A DNA stretch of 63,675 nucleotides, filler included, from Octopus bimaculoides (Eukaryota): assembly GCF_001194135.2 (NCBI RefSeq). It is 4 parts of 4 records of this genome, joined end to end, with 100 filler letters (N's around TTAATTAATTAA, not from the genome) between each part and the next. Parts side by side here need not be neighbours in the genome. Positions count along the whole stretch, not along the records: positions 25,970 to 57,893 come from NC_068991.1; 3 more parts are not named here. One strand, 5' to 3'. Below the pieces are notes generated by a model. It was not told where the DNA came from, did no database searches, and was given only the letters and a program-made list of their open reading frames with translations. A program made the translations under genes and the position numbers. Within the stretch, counting starts at the first letter, position 1, and the number at the start of each line of letters is the position of its first letter. Shown piece after piece: positions 25,870-39,357 of this stretch.

Positions 25870-25969
25870 NNNNNNNNNNNNNNNNNNNNNNNNNNNNNNN
25901 NNNNNNNNNNNNNTTAATTAATTAANNNNNNNNNNNNNNNNNNNNNNNNNNNNNNNNNNNNNNNNNNNN
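25870..25969. other. Artificial assembly spacer (44 N + TTAATTAATTAA + 44 N)
   Basis: Exactly 100 bp; the 12-mer at 25914-25925 gives stops in all six frames; the same layout recurs twice more. Confidence 0.95.
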
Positions 25970-26020
<51 letters not shown>

Positions 26021-26416
26021 TATACATACACACACACGGCAAACACAAACATCACACACACATACACACATGCACAGACACAAGCACATGCACCTGGTTC
26101 TTTTAAATGGTCACAAGATCATTTTAATGCAGTTGCTTTGTTTTGAATATATGCAACCTTGTCCCACAAAACGACGGTTTAGAAATCCAGGTCAGCTGCA
26201 GCCAGTCAGAGATGTGTCTCATAAATGGTCCAATACCTGTAACACCGGATGAGAAGTTTCATATTGCATTTGTTTAGTGCCTCGTTTGTACAGGATTAGC
26301 ATACGCTAAAAGATTTCATTTTATCGTATTAGGGTTTGTCAAAAATGTTAAGAAACAACATTTAAAGAAATAGCGTTAATAGAGAATATACTGTTTCTAT
26401 ATCATATCTATGCTTA

Positions 26417-26452
<36 letters not shown>

Positions 26453-26519
26453 TGTATGTATGTATGTATTATGTATGAATGAATATGTGTGTGTGTAGGC
26501 AAATCAAAAATATAAACAG

Positions 26520-26690
26520 AAATATAAACACAAACAACAAAAGTCAAAAGGACGTACACAGAGAATGTATTAGTGTGACGCTCAGTTTAAGATAGAAAAA
26601 AAGAGGTGTGACGTTTCGAGCATAACTTTTCGTCAGAAAGGGGAAAGAAGAGAATAGTCTGAAAAAGTACGTGTGTGGTTACGTGGTTGC

Positions 26691-26700
<10 letters not shown>
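26520..26700 (-). mobile_element. Penelope-pLTR-like repeat with degenerate hammerhead motif
   Basis: Minus strand CTGACGA-AAAGTTATGCTC-GAAACGTC at 26609-26636; downstream tgagcgtc..ctaatac..acgtcct shared with 31150-31300. Confidence 0.55.
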
Positions 26701-26722
<22 letters not shown>

Positions 26723-27273
26723 NNNNNNNNNNNNNNNNNNNNNNNNNNNNNNNNNNNNNNNNNNNNNNNNNNNNNNNNNNNNNNNNNNNNNNNNNNNNNN
26801 NNNNNNNNNNNNNNNNNNNNNNNNNNNNNNNNNNNNNNNNNNNNNNNNNNNNNNNNNNNNNNNNNNNNNNNNNNNNNNNNNNNNNNNNNNNNNNNNNNNN
26901 NNNNNNNNNNNNNNNNNNNNNNNNNNNNNNNNNNNNNNNNNNNNNNNNNNNNNNNNNNNNNNNNNNNNNNNNNNNNNNNNNNNNNNNNNNNNNNNNNNNN
27001 NNNNNNNNNNNNNNNNNNNNNNNNNNNNNNNNNNNNNNNNNNNNNNNNNNNNNNNNNNNNNNNNNNNNNNNNNNNNNNNNNNNNNNNNNNNNNNNNNNNN
27101 NNNTATATATATATATATATTTCTATTATTCTTTCCTTCTTTCTATCAGCCCTTTCAATCTTACTTCGTTCTTTCGTTCATTTCGTTCTCTCACATTTCC
27201 TTGCCTTCTCTTCATGCTCACTTTCGACCAGGACCAAACGTTTGAGAGCAGACATGACAGACGATTATGAGTA

Positions 27274-27592
27274 GATCCTTCTGGTGTCGTTAGAATGATG
27301 CACACTAAGGTTCCAGCAACTGTGATGGTTTTCAGGAGTGGTGAGTAACGAAAACCGTATCATGGCAACTCACAGCTTTCCACTGACTCTTAGCATCAAT
27401 GCTGCTGAATACATTTATGTGCTGGAGACAATTGTTAAGCCCTGGATGTATGAAGTGCGCAGTGGAAGGATATACGAGTTTCGGCCAGACTCAGCACCTT
27501 CTCCAAAGGCCCACGTAACCCAAGAATGGGTGTTACAAAATCTTTACGATTATGTAACACCGAACTTGTGACCTCCAAAGCCGGAAATTTTA
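27274..27592 (+). mobile_element. IS630-Tc1-mariner transposase catalytic fragment (DD37D/maT-like), pseudogenised
   Basis: DPSGVVRMMHTKVPATVMVF/GVVSNE...YIYVLETIVKPW...YEFRPDSAPSPKAHVTQEW...VTPNL*PP..EILN, with a frameshift and a stop. Confidence 0.85.
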
Positions 27593-27747
27593 AATGATCC
27601 CTTAAGAAAGCTTATCGAAAACATGGGAACAAATTTATATTAAAATACATTCGGTTCTGCAAGATATGAGCAGTTATATTACATTATCAGATATATCCTC
27701 AAAGACTTCTCGCACACTGTATGCGTATATCTGTGAGCGCATTTGTG

Positions 27748-27827
<80 letters not shown>

Positions 27828-28264
27828 TGTGTGTGTGAATATAATAGGTAAAGACCCCCTCTTCGGTTATCAACGACCATAGGATTGCACCTNNNNNNNN
27901 NNNNNNNNNNNNNNNNNNNNNNNNNNNNNNNNNNNNNNNNNNNNNNNNNNNNNNNNNNNNNNNNNNNNNNNNNNNNNNNNNNNNNNNNNNNNNNNNNNNN
28001 NNNNNNNNNNNNNNNNNNNNNNNNNNNNNNNNNNNNNNNNNNNNNNNNNNNNNNNNNNNNNNNNNNNNNNNNNNNNNNNNNNNNNNNNNNNNNNNNNNNN
28101 NNNNNNNNNNNNNNNNNNNNNNNNNNNNNNNNNNNNNNNNNNNNNNNNNNNNNNNNNNNNNNNNNNNNNNNNNNNNNNNNNNNNNNNNNNNNNNNNNNNN
28201 NNNNNNNNNNNNNNNNNNNNNNNNNNNNNNNNNNNNNNNNNNNNNNNNNNNNNNNNNNNNNNNT

Positions 28265-28295
<31 letters not shown>

Positions 28296-28586
28296 CGCGT
28301 ACGTACGTGTGTGTGTGTGTATGTTGTCTGGCGTTGGAGTGTCAATCATGCTAATTATAGCATATCTGTGCATATCTGTGAAACACAGCAACATGAAAAA
28401 AAAGATAAAAGGAGTTTAGCAGTTTTATTTTTAATTGTCTTGAGAAAATTTCAGTCGCTTTCTTTTTTTTTTTTTTCTATTATTAATGAATTTCCTTGTC
28501 CACTACAAAGAACTTTTATTCCCATATATGTATGTGTATTAACTACGTTATAATGTGTGTGTATTTTCCTCTAAGTGAGTATATGT

Positions 28587-29070
28587 ATAGGGGTTGGACA
28601 AAATAATTTTAAAATATTTATAAAACCGTCAAAAGCTTGTTTATTTTAAAGTTTTTTTTATTATTTATTATTAGTGTTGCTTAATATGTTTTGCTAAAAT
28701 TGCTGTTTCTTTTCAGATATCAGAAAAAGGTAATTAAAATTCATTAAAATGACAGGTTAATCGGACTTTCAAAGAGGTCAAATTGTTGGTGTTTGTATGG
28801 CAGGCGCAAGCGTAACAAAAACAGCTGAAATGTTTGGTGTATCAAGAAGTACTGTCTCGAAAGTAATGACAGTCTTTGAGAAAGAGGGAAAAACCTCCTC
28901 GTCGAAACAAAACTCCAGAAGAAAACCAAAACTTTCAAATAGGGATCGTTGGACTCTTACACGAATTGTTAGAAAGGATCACAAGAGTACAGATGCCAAA
29001 ATTACTGCAGCGCTTAATGACCACCTCGAGAACCCACTTTCCACAAAAACTGTTCGCTGGGAGCTGCTGA
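28587..29070 (+). mobile_element. Tc1-like element: left TIR plus N-terminal transposase (HTH) fragment, truncated
   Basis: TA-..GGGGTTGGACAAAATAAT terminus; SDFQRGQIVG..MAGASVTKTAEMFGVSRSTVSKVM...RRKPKLSNRDRWTL.RIVRKDHK..STKTVRWEL; stop near the start codon at 28749. Confidence 0.9.
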
Positions 29071-30285
29071 GATGTACCTGCAATCGGCGACCAAGGTGGA
29101 TGGAAGTTTAACTTTCTTATAATTTTTCCTAGAAAATGTTTTTTTAATGTAATACAGTTTATTAAGTACGATAGATATCGGGTGTGGAGAAAGAAGTACA
29201 GTGAGATAATGTGATTGCATAAATGCCGACATATTATAAGCAATTGTTCGTAAGTTTGTGCCTGCAAACTATGATAATTTGTCCTTTTTCTGAATCACAT
29301 GTCAGTTTTAGAGAATTCTGGATTCCTGAAATTGTTTCCCCTTCTTTAGTGGAGCTTGTCTTTATTGCTATTTGTTAAATAAGGTAAATGGTTATTGTGT
29401 AATTGGTAATTGGTAATTGTAAAACATTCTCTAGAAGCAGAGATGATTTTAATAAATCAAGAACATATATTGTATCTTACTCAAATACATGCCCCTAGCC
29501 ACTTCAAGTTATTTCTGTTAGATCAATTTTGTGTAAGTTATGATAATTTAGCTTGTCTTCAATGTTTTATTGTTAGTAACAACTACCATGCCAATGTACA
29601 TCTGATTCCCAAGCCAACGACACTCGGTTTCTCATCCCTAATACAGTTGCACCAGACGCAGAGTAATATTCCGATACATTTTTTAAAATGTAAAAAAGCG
29701 AAAGAAAAGAGAGAAAGCGCGTTTTATTCCCCGGCCAATACCGTGTCTTTCGAAGTTGTGAATATTCTCTACTAGTCTATTGCGATACTGCATGCTGTTT
29801 TAGTAGACCGTTTCTTGTTTATTATAGTTGTTTACTTGTTAAACTCTCGTTCATTAGTTGGTTCAGTTGTTGTATGTCAGTCTTACCTCAATTTGTTAAA
29901 GTTATCAATAAACAAACTCGCGAACAGAATGACAAATAATTTGGTTAATGTGAAATGACATATAGGAAAACGACTTCAGGAAAAGAAATATTAAACAGCA
30001 GACATATAAACAACAATGAAACTAACGAAAACAAAAAAAACCCAAACAACCAACGAATTTGAAAATGAAATGATGACAACCATAAACAATGCGTTGATAA
30101 AAGAATATTTATATTCTCCAGGCAGTGAAAAACGATAATTATAAAGACTCAAAGCACTCCAATCGATATAATGTCGAACCGAAAGATGAAAGTAAAAGTT
30201 ATTTTCAGAAAGCCGCATGGCGTAGAAGTCTAGTCGTGAGAAATAAGTGAGAACGAGTAAACAACACGCACACATATAAGTGTGT

Positions 30286-30336
<51 letters not shown>

Positions 30337-30644
30337 NNNNNNNNNNNNNNNNNNNNNNNNNNNNNNNNNNNNNNNNNNNNNNNNNNNNNNNNNNNNNNNN
30401 NNNNNNNNNNNNNNNNNNNNNNNNNNNNNNNNNNNNNNNNNNNNNNNNNNNNNNNNNNNNNNNNNNNNNNNNNNNNNNNNNNNNNNNNNNNNNNNNNNNN
30501 NNNNNNNNNNNNNNNNNNNNNNNNNNNNNNNNNNNNNNNNNNNNNNNNNNNNNNNNNNNNNNNNNNNNNNNNNNNNNNNNNNNNNNNNNNNNNNNNNNNN
30601 NNNNNNNNNNNNNNNNNNNNNNNNNNNNNNNNNNNNNNNNNNNN

Positions 30645-30700
<56 letters not shown>

Positions 30701-31119
30701 TATGTATGTATGTATGTATGTATGTATGCATGCATGTCTCTTCTGTTTTCAATCATTTAAATTCTTCCTCTGAAGAGGGAGATGGTTTCTACCAAATATA
30801 CTAAGCTCCATCTTTGTTATGTAGATAAAGAAAACAATGTCAAATTTTAAACCTGAGAAAAGTCTTGCATGGCTTTACTGTTCCATTTACAGATTGTATT
30901 TATTCTTATTTTATGTCCATTGTCCGGAAATCTTTCGTCGTACACCTGTGACTTCTTCAGAGACTTTCTATCCTGCGTGTCTCCTCCTGTACGGTTCAGA
31001 AGAACCAATATATACGAGTGCGTGAGTTTATTTGGTCAGAAAAACAAATCGCCATTCCGAAATATAATATATATATATGTTATTTCAAACTGTAACTACA
31101 TATGAATCGTTGGCGATTT

Positions 31120-31300
31120 TTTTCCTTCTGTCTTCCTTTTTTATTGGACTTTCCCCTGTTTCTGAAGAAGATCTTTGCTCGAAACGTTAAACCATCTTTC
31201 TTTCCTTCTCTGAGCGTCTACTAATACTTTACATATACCACGTCCTCGCGTTGTTGTTTTTTGTGTCTGCTCTTCGTTTTTTATTGGGTGGGGTTATATA
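31120..31300 (+). mobile_element. Penelope-pLTR-like repeat with minimal hammerhead motif
   Basis: GTTT-CTGAAGA-A-GATC.TTT.GCTC-GAAA-CG-TT-AAAC at 31158-31192; same family as 26520-26700. Confidence 0.6.
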
Positions 31301-31978
31301 TATATATATATATATATATATNNNNNNNNNNNNNNNNNNNNNNNNNNNNNNNNNNNNNNNNNNNNNNNNNNNNNNNNNNNNNNNNNNNNNNNNNNNNNNN
31401 NNNNNNNNNNNNNNNNNNNNNNNNNNNNNNNNNNNNNNNNNNNNNNNNNNNNNNNNNNNNNNNNNNNNNNNNNNNNNNNNNNNNNNNNNNNNNNNNNNNN
31501 NNNNNNNNNNNNNNNNNNNNNNNNNNNNNNNNNNNNNNNNNNNNNNNNNNNNNNNNNNNNNNNNNNNNNNNNNNNNNNNNNNNNNNNNNNNNNNNNNNNN
31601 NNNNNNNNNNNNNNNNNNNNNNNNNNNNNNNNNNNNNNNNNNNNNNNNNNNNNNNNNNNNNNNNNNNNNNNNNNNNNNNNNNNNNNNNNNNNNNNNNNNN
31701 NNNNNNNNNNNNNNNNNNNNNNNNNNNNNNNNNNNNNNNNNNNNNNNNNNNNNNNNNNNNNNNNNNNNNNNNNNNNNNNNNNNNNNNNNNNNNNNNNNNN
31801 NNNNNNNNNNNNNNNNNNNNNNNNNNNNNNNNNNNNNNNNNNNNNNNNNNNNNNNNNNNNNNNNNNNNNNNNNNNNNNNNNNNNNNNNNNNNNNNNNNNN
31901 NNNNNNNNNNNNNNNNNNNNNNNNNNNNNNNNNNNNNNNNNNNNNTCTCTCTCTCTTACTCTCTCTCTCTCTCTCTTA

Positions 31979-32026
<48 letters not shown>

Positions 32027-32619
32027 TCCTTTGGGGAGGCTCGGTAGGTTGTCGTCGTCGTTGCTGTTGCTATTTCTGATATATGGTAGCGGCAAAGTTC
32101 TACTAAATTCAATATCATGCCGAGAAAATATACCATTTTCAGGTCAGTGTTGACTATAACTTAAATTCCAATCATTAGATATGTTAATGCGCTATCTATT
32201 TTTCATTAATTTATGTCACGTAGTATTAAAATAAAAAATAGACCATATTATAAAAATCCAAATGTTGTGTACATCATCTATAATAAATAAAGGCTGATTA
32301 AATTACTAAATCACATATCTCAACAGAATATCTTGATCCCATACTGACATCAAAAGAATTACTAAATATCCGTTATCACATAGGCATAATTATTTTAATT
32401 TCGCATAACTAATAGGAATATCATTCGGGTTTAGGATAAAGATTTATAGAGCAAAACTTCAGTGAGTTAAAATTAATATTCTATAACAGTAAATTGGGTA
32501 GAAATATATTGTTGTTTATAATTGATAATATTGAACTGCTTTATAAATTAAATGCTGGAGTTCCGTAATGATAAACTATAAACATCTCTTATTTTTATTG
32601 CTTTTATCATAGTTTTAGC

Positions 32620-33055
32620 TGCTACGGCGGCAAGCTGATAGTATCGCATATATGGTGGATAAATGCTTTGAAGTATTTCTTCCAGCATTTTACATTCTGT
32701 GTTCAAATCTCGTCATTGACAAGCTTGCTTGTCATTCTTTCGAAAGCGATAGAATTTGGGACCAGTCAAGTACTGGGGCCGGTATAATCGACTAACCCCT
32801 TTCCCTCTAAATTGTTTTGGTTTTCTGCCCAAATCAAAAAAGCTTATTCCTTTACCTGGTAAAACGGCGAGCTGATAGAAAAGTTAGATGGTTTGAAAAA
32901 CAAGATTCACAGTATTCCTTTCGACTCTTTACATTCTAAGCTAAAATCCCGTCGAGATCAACTTTGCTTTCCTTCCTCCTTGATCGATAAGTAATGTACC
33001 AGTCTAGTACTCCTCTCACCCCTTCAAAATTGCTGCTATTGTGCTTAAATCAGAA
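32620..33055 (+). mobile_element. Two tandem SINE family B copies
   Basis: ggcggcaagctgatag.. and cggcgagctgatag.. heads, each with gttcaaatc-like B-box and tactggggc/agtctagtac body. Confidence 0.75.
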
Positions 33056-34061
33056 AACACTATTATTTTGTATTTTTTTATATTTATCTCAATTTGGCTT
33101 CTGCTTGGCTTGATAACTTTTGTAGATGATTTAAACAGAAAATTGACTTGTGATCATTAAATGTAATGTATGGTTTCTGTTGTACTAAATCTTCAACTCT
33201 TTCGTCTTCAAACTTTATGCAATTTCGTTAGATTTAAAGTTAATGAGTTCTAATATGTTATTGTATTATTTTCCCTATCACTTGTGAAGCTATTAGATAG
33301 AAATTTGTTTCATACAGATTTTTGCTTTTGTTTTGTTGCACGAGTAGGTTCTTAGTGTTTTTGAAACTTTATAATACATTTTTAAAGATTCTTTTTTTTT
33401 TTTTTATCAAATTGCGTGTTTTAAAATGTTCGCTTTCATCTAAACTAAGTGAGGTTGTTTTAAGTGGCAGTAGAAATTTAGAAATTTCTTTGAATTCTTT
33501 CTTGGAGTGTAATCCAGTTTGATCTTACCCAAAACTCAGGCTTTCCAACGACCTCAGTTTTACGAAACAGTCAATTTTGTTTATGTGTAATTTTGTATAA
33601 CGTATTTGTGAAGGTATACAGACTTGCATCTTCATGCATACACACACATATATATATACATATTTATAATTATATATATATACACATATACATATATATA
33701 TATATGTGTGTAGGTATGTACCTGTATTGCCAGGAATTTAGCTGAGAAAATTCTAAAAGCTCAGTGTTCGTTGACTCTGTGGAGCTAATAATTTGGGTTT
33801 ACATAATGGTTTAAGCTCAATACTCATAAGCCTTTTTTGTATATATTTGATATAGTCAACTGAAAGACGTGGTTCAAGTATATTACTTTTTCTCGTATCG
33901 ATCTTATAGCGATTAAATACAAGGTCCCTAAATATGAGATTCTGAACAGCAGACGTCTCGACACAAGAGCAAATGTGATTTATATATCATAACATAACAT
34001 ACCATAACATAGCATAATATAATATGATCTAATGTATATATGTATTTATATATATATATAC

Positions 34062-34506
34062 AAAGTGCAAAAGTTGCTACTACCATATGAAATGCTTCTG
34101 CGTGTTACCAAGAAATTTATAGAGAGCGAAATAAAGCTTCTTGTAAGCAAACGATGCTAGACTTGTTTTTTTAAAAGAAATCTACAAGTCCGTCTACGAG
34201 TGCTTGTGAATCGGTGATCGTATCTACAAGTTATGGTGTGCGCGAGGCTAGTGCGAGTGAAAGTGATTCAGAAAACGATTATAATAATATTTTTTTATTA
34301 TAAATGATCTTGACTTTCTGTTTACTTTACATAAAATATTCTTTACATTCTACTGTTGTTTATTGCCATTTCTTTACGAGCATTCTGGGAATATATTACG
34401 ATTCATAACATTTTTACTAAGGGAAATTACTGCTCTACTTTACGACTTTTCGCTTTACAAGCAGTCTCCTGGAACAAATTAACTCGTATGTCAAGGCATT
34501 ACTGTA
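34062..34506 (+). mobile_element. pogo/Tigger-like element 3' remnant
   Basis: NASACYQEIYRERNKASCKQTMLDLFFKRN resembles the Tigger C-terminus; ends TCGTATGTCAAGGCATTACTG-TA (TIR + TA). Confidence 0.75.
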
Positions 34507-34529
34507 TTTATAAAACATAGAAAGTGCAA

Positions 34530-34690
34530 ACACAGCTGTGTGGCTAAGAAATCTGCTTCGCAACCACATGATGCTGGGTTCGATATCATTGTGCAGCATT
34601 TTAAGGACGTGTCTTCTATTTTCACATTACATTGGTCAATGCTTTGAGTATGAAATTTAATAGGTAGAATTTCTGCTGAGACCTGTTATG
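34530..34690 (+). mobile_element. SINE family A, degraded 5' half
   Basis: gctgtgtggctaagaaatctgcttcgcaaccacatg..gggttcgatat. Confidence 0.65.
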
Positions 34691-34709
34691 CAAAGATACA
34701 TACTCATAT

Positions 34710-35023
34710 ACACCTTCTACTCGACTTACGATCGAGTTCCATACCGACTAACAGGTCGTAAGTTGATTCAGTCGTATGTCGGATTTATATTTTTCAACCC
34801 ATTTTCATTCAAACGCAACTGATGCTTGAAAGTGACTGAGTGAGAGACAGTGGCAGACAGTGGATGCGTGGGTCTGAGGGACGCATGCGTTGTCAAGATG
34901 CTCCCATAGTTATCGTACGCGCAGCTGCCCAACGTCCGAAAATCAATTTTTTTTTCTATTTATTTATATTTATATTTTTATTTATTTATTTTTGTGGTCG
35001 TAAGTGCGGATGGTCGTAAGTGC
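34710..35023 (+). mobile_element. Tigger-like MITE running into a gap
   Basis: tatacaccttctactcgacttacgat at the left end and ggtcgtaagtgc repeats at the right. Confidence 0.6.
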
Positions 35024-35349
35024 NNNNNNNNNNNNNNNNNNNNNNNNNNNNNNNNNNNNNNNNNNNNNNNNNNNNNNNNNNNNNNNNNNNNNNNNNNNNN
35101 NNNNNNNNNNNNNNNNNNNNNNNNNNNNNNNNNNNNNNNNNNNNNNNNNNNNNNNNNNNNNNNNNNNNNNNNNNNNNNNNNNNNNNNNNNNNNNNNNNNN
35201 NNNNNNNNNNNNNNNNNNNNNNNNNNNNNNNNNNNNNNNNNNNNNNNNNNNNNNNNNNNNNNNNNNNNNNNNNNNNNNNNNNNNNNNNNNNNNNNNNNNN
35301 NNNNNNNNNNNNNNNNNNNNNNNNNNNNNNNNNNNNNNNNNNNNNNNNN

Positions 35350-35390
<41 letters not shown>

Positions 35391-35769
35391 CACCAGCTTC
35401 GTCGCTACCTGCTACCTTTAAATATATTATCAACCTCTTGATATCAGTCATCAATTAAAAATATAATTAAAAATTCGTGTCATTGTAAGTTTTACAGTAA
35501 CATGTAAATTACTACCTAAACATTCCTTTGTTTTAATGGCGCTTACCTTTCTTCCTCCTGCATAAACAACAGGTGCGAATATTTCTCCACTGGTTCAGTT
35601 AATCTCCAATGAAAATTTCAAGTCCCAGGCAATATGGCTTTAACAATGAATTTGAATCTACGCTTCATACTCAGATCCTTCACAATCAACAACTGTTCCT
35701 TTGATATTCTGAAACTTGCATCAATTTAACATAAATATATGCATTCAAAGGTTTGAACAGACGGATAGA

Positions 35770-35945
35770 AGAAATAGGCACAAAACATAATTTAGTGCAG
35801 TTCTAGGAAACAGCGTTATTAGGGACAACTAGGATACTTAGGAAGGTTCTTGGCATCTAAGGTTACTTGTTGTAAACCAAGGAATTATTTCTTTTCCAAC
35901 AGTTTAATCTGTTGTGCGTATGTGAAATAATAATAAACAATACTA
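35770..35945 (+). mobile_element. R4/Dong-like LINE extreme 3' end
   Basis: EIGTKHNLVQF*ETALLGTTRILRKVLGI*, short UTR and an AATAATAATAA tail. Confidence 0.75.
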
Positions 35946-36654
35946 ATGACTCCTTTCGTTCCGACATGGAAGCTGAAACTCGTTTTTGCGAGACGTGTAG
36001 AATTGTTTATAGAAATTTGTAAAAAAAACCTAAAGGTTATTTATGGTGTGTTTAAGCAGCGAATGAAAGCACACAGTTTCAATATTATCAACTTGAGGCA
36101 AAACAAAAACAAAAATAAAAATAATAATTACAAAACTATTTTTTTTAAAACTGAAACTAAGACAAATTTTCAGATTAACGAAGTAATATTCTGGAGTCTG
36201 TGGAGAACAGCAATGGAGTACAGCATTTAAAAAAATTATAATCTGTTCGCTTAAGAACAGCTTCAATGATCACCTGTAGCACACAAACACTGTCAATGGC
36301 TTTAGTCGTTGTTGTGTTTTGCCTTTCCTTGCTGCTCTTTTTCAAAACCTACTCATGGCGGTTTGATCCGGATAACATCGCTCGTTTGCAATGCTATCTA
36401 AATTTTATTTTCGTAATTTGGCAAAAAATATATTTTTAAAAAAATACAAATTTCATTTCAATTCTGTGAAGCTTAATTACAATTAAAGAAAAGTTTGGAA
36501 CGGAATAATTAATTTTTACTGTCAAGAATGTTGAGCAAATAAATCCAAGAATATGATCTTCGGTGACGAAGCAGTCATTACATACATAGAAGTAAACGAA
36601 CAAAATAGTTCTTGTTTGCGAGTTTGATTTCTGTCATTTGATTTTTTTTATATT

Positions 36655-36821
36655 TTTGGCCGTCTGTGTGGTTAAGAAGTTCGTTTCCCAACCATGTGGT
36701 TCCGGGTTCAGTCCCACTGCGCGGCACCTTGAGTAAATGTCTTCTACTACGGTTCCGGGCCCACCAAAGTCTTGTGAGTGGATTTGGTGGAGGGAAACTG
36801 AAAGAAGTCGATCAATATAAA

Positions 36822-36856
<35 letters not shown>

Positions 36857-36920
36857 GTTTGAGTGTGAGTAAATTGGTGCCCCAGCATGACCACAGCCTT
36901 TGAGCTGAAACTGGTTAAAG
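36655..36920 (+). mobile_element. SINE family A, internally deleted
   Basis: tgtgtggttaagaagttcgtttcccaaccatgtggttccgggttcagtcccactgcgcggcacc...cagcatgaccacagcc. Confidence 0.85.
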
Positions 36921-36922
36921 AG

Positions 36923-36973
<51 letters not shown>

Positions 36974-37257
36974 GGTTGAAAATATGTGGAAAACATAAAA
37001 AGTGGAAGAGAAACGCCTTCGTTTCACGTAGCTTAAAATCTTTTTATAAAGAAATTTTTAAAATATATGCATATTTTATGGATATAGTGATATCCAACAG
37101 GTTTTCGCAATTTAAATTAGCTTTTCAAGGGACATTGTGAAGTAATCAATTCTTGTGACAAAGGAGTCTCGCCATTTTGGATGCTTGAAAAGTAACAATG
37201 AGTCTAGAGAGTGGACCCAGTGTCACTTTGATGGCATGCACTCCTCTCTCTCACTCA

Positions 37258-37279
<22 letters not shown>

Positions 37280-37289
<10 letters not shown>

Positions 37290-37440
37290 TTTGGCACAAT
37301 GCCAGTGATTATAGGGAAAGGTGTAAGTCGATGACATTGACCCCCAGTCCTAAACAACACTTATTTTATCGTTCCCAAAAGGATAAAGGGGAAAAGTGAC
37401 CCCGACTGTATTTGAACTCGGAACATAAAGAAGCGGAAGA
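37280..37440 (-). mobile_element. SINE family B after an (AAT)n tract
   Basis: gtcgatgacattgacccccag..gaaaagtgacccc..atttgaactcggaac. Confidence 0.7.
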
Positions 37441-37715
37441 AATAACATTTTCCCCGACACCATTTTTGATAGCACTACAAACGACGCATAACCACGGTTT
37501 CTCTCTCGATTAAAGCTAAAAGATTAAAACTAAAACATCATTAAATAAACTTATTAACCTTGAATAATTCTATGCATGCTCTCTATTGGATATTTGGCTG
37601 AATTCTGGTTTAAGTGACCTATATAACCCCTCATAGCTTATCTATCTTTTGGAATTTTTAGAAAATTTCTACGAATTTATATTCTACACACGAGAATTCA
37701 TGCGATTATTGAAAC

Positions 37716-37785
<70 letters not shown>

Positions 37786-38299
37786 CTTAAGGGCGATTTG
37801 GCTGTCACTTTTAGCACATCTCACGACCACCTGATATCTTCCTAGTTTCGTGGTTACTGACATGTATTGATGTCTTTCAGTATTTTTCTCCTCATAAACG
37901 CATTTAATGGAATGATAATACATCAAAGGTGATCCTTTGCTGGGATTTAGACAAAATATTCGGACTGTCCGTATTTTAAACTTTTTTTTTAATCGAAAAA
38001 GAGTGGAAATTTTAGGATTTATAGGGAAGCGGAGAGGGTTGAAAAGAATTTTTAAAATATTTTTCTCTTTTCATAAACGTATGAATTCCTGTATATAGAA
38101 CACAAATTCGCACAAATTTTCTGAAAATTCCAATATTTTTGTTAACCTGCAACACTTCCATTAACCACGAATAGGTCTATTATCATGAACTCCTCTACAC
38201 ATTCTCTAAGATGTTTCTCATTCTTGTTCCAAGAAACAAAGCTGCTTATGCATGTCTTATTCTATGAATTATAACGATATTAATAATAAGTGCCTCAGA

Positions 38300-39314
38300 C
38301 ACGCCATGTCAAAATGGAAAACAATTAAGATAAGATAATTAGAACCAGCTCTATATCCAGAGAGACCCATGACCTCAACTACACTTTTCCTAGCTCTGCC
38401 TCCATTAGCAAGTCTGTTGAATTAAACCGGCAATACTAATTTCATTCAAGAGATTTTTTAATGGGGTCTCTACGTACAAACAATAAACTATTTCTTTCGT
38501 ATGGATAGCGAGAGGGGAAATGATAACTAATTGTAAAAACCAGCAAAAGGAAATCTTAAATAAATTCATTTCAGACAAAAAGAAATGTGCTTAGAATTAG
38601 ATAAATGTATAGCTAAGAAGAGACAAATTAACTAAAATTGAAAATGTTAAGTTAGATATATGCATTGAAATTGGAAAAATAGACCTGAACCTCCCATATA
38701 AATAACTAATTAGTAAATGAAAACATGTCACCGGCGGCGCTGCAAGTGATGCTGTTTCTTGTGTTGGTGGACTTTCTTTTGGAAAAAGATCTCTCGGTAA
38801 TGTGGAGAGAGGAAATTTTCATGCATAGGTAACTAGTCTTCTTCAGAAAATCTTAACCAGGTCTGGGCATGCATGTGCAGACCCGTAGTCAACATTTACC
38901 AACGGAAATCCAACAGATGGAAATGAAAATATACAACACAGACAAATGATAAAAGATATTGCAAAAGGAATTCTCAAGGAAATCAAATATTAAAACTCTA
39001 TTGAATTCTAGAAATATAAACATTAGATATAATATATGTTCATGATTCTAACTAGAAACTACAAAATAATAAACAAGAAATTAATAGAATTTAATCGTTT
39101 ACGAATGAAAACTATTAGCTCCGTTCCCGAATAAACCTATCCCGAATACAGAGTGAAGGTGATCTGATACAAATAGAAAACTACTACAAAATAACAACAC
39201 TGGAACTAAGAAAATATATGGAAGAAGGCAAAAGTAAAACTGATTAGAATAATAAGCAAATTCATATATATATAACGTATTTATGTATATATGTATGTAT
39301 ATGTATATATATAT

Positions 39315-39357
<43 letters not shown>

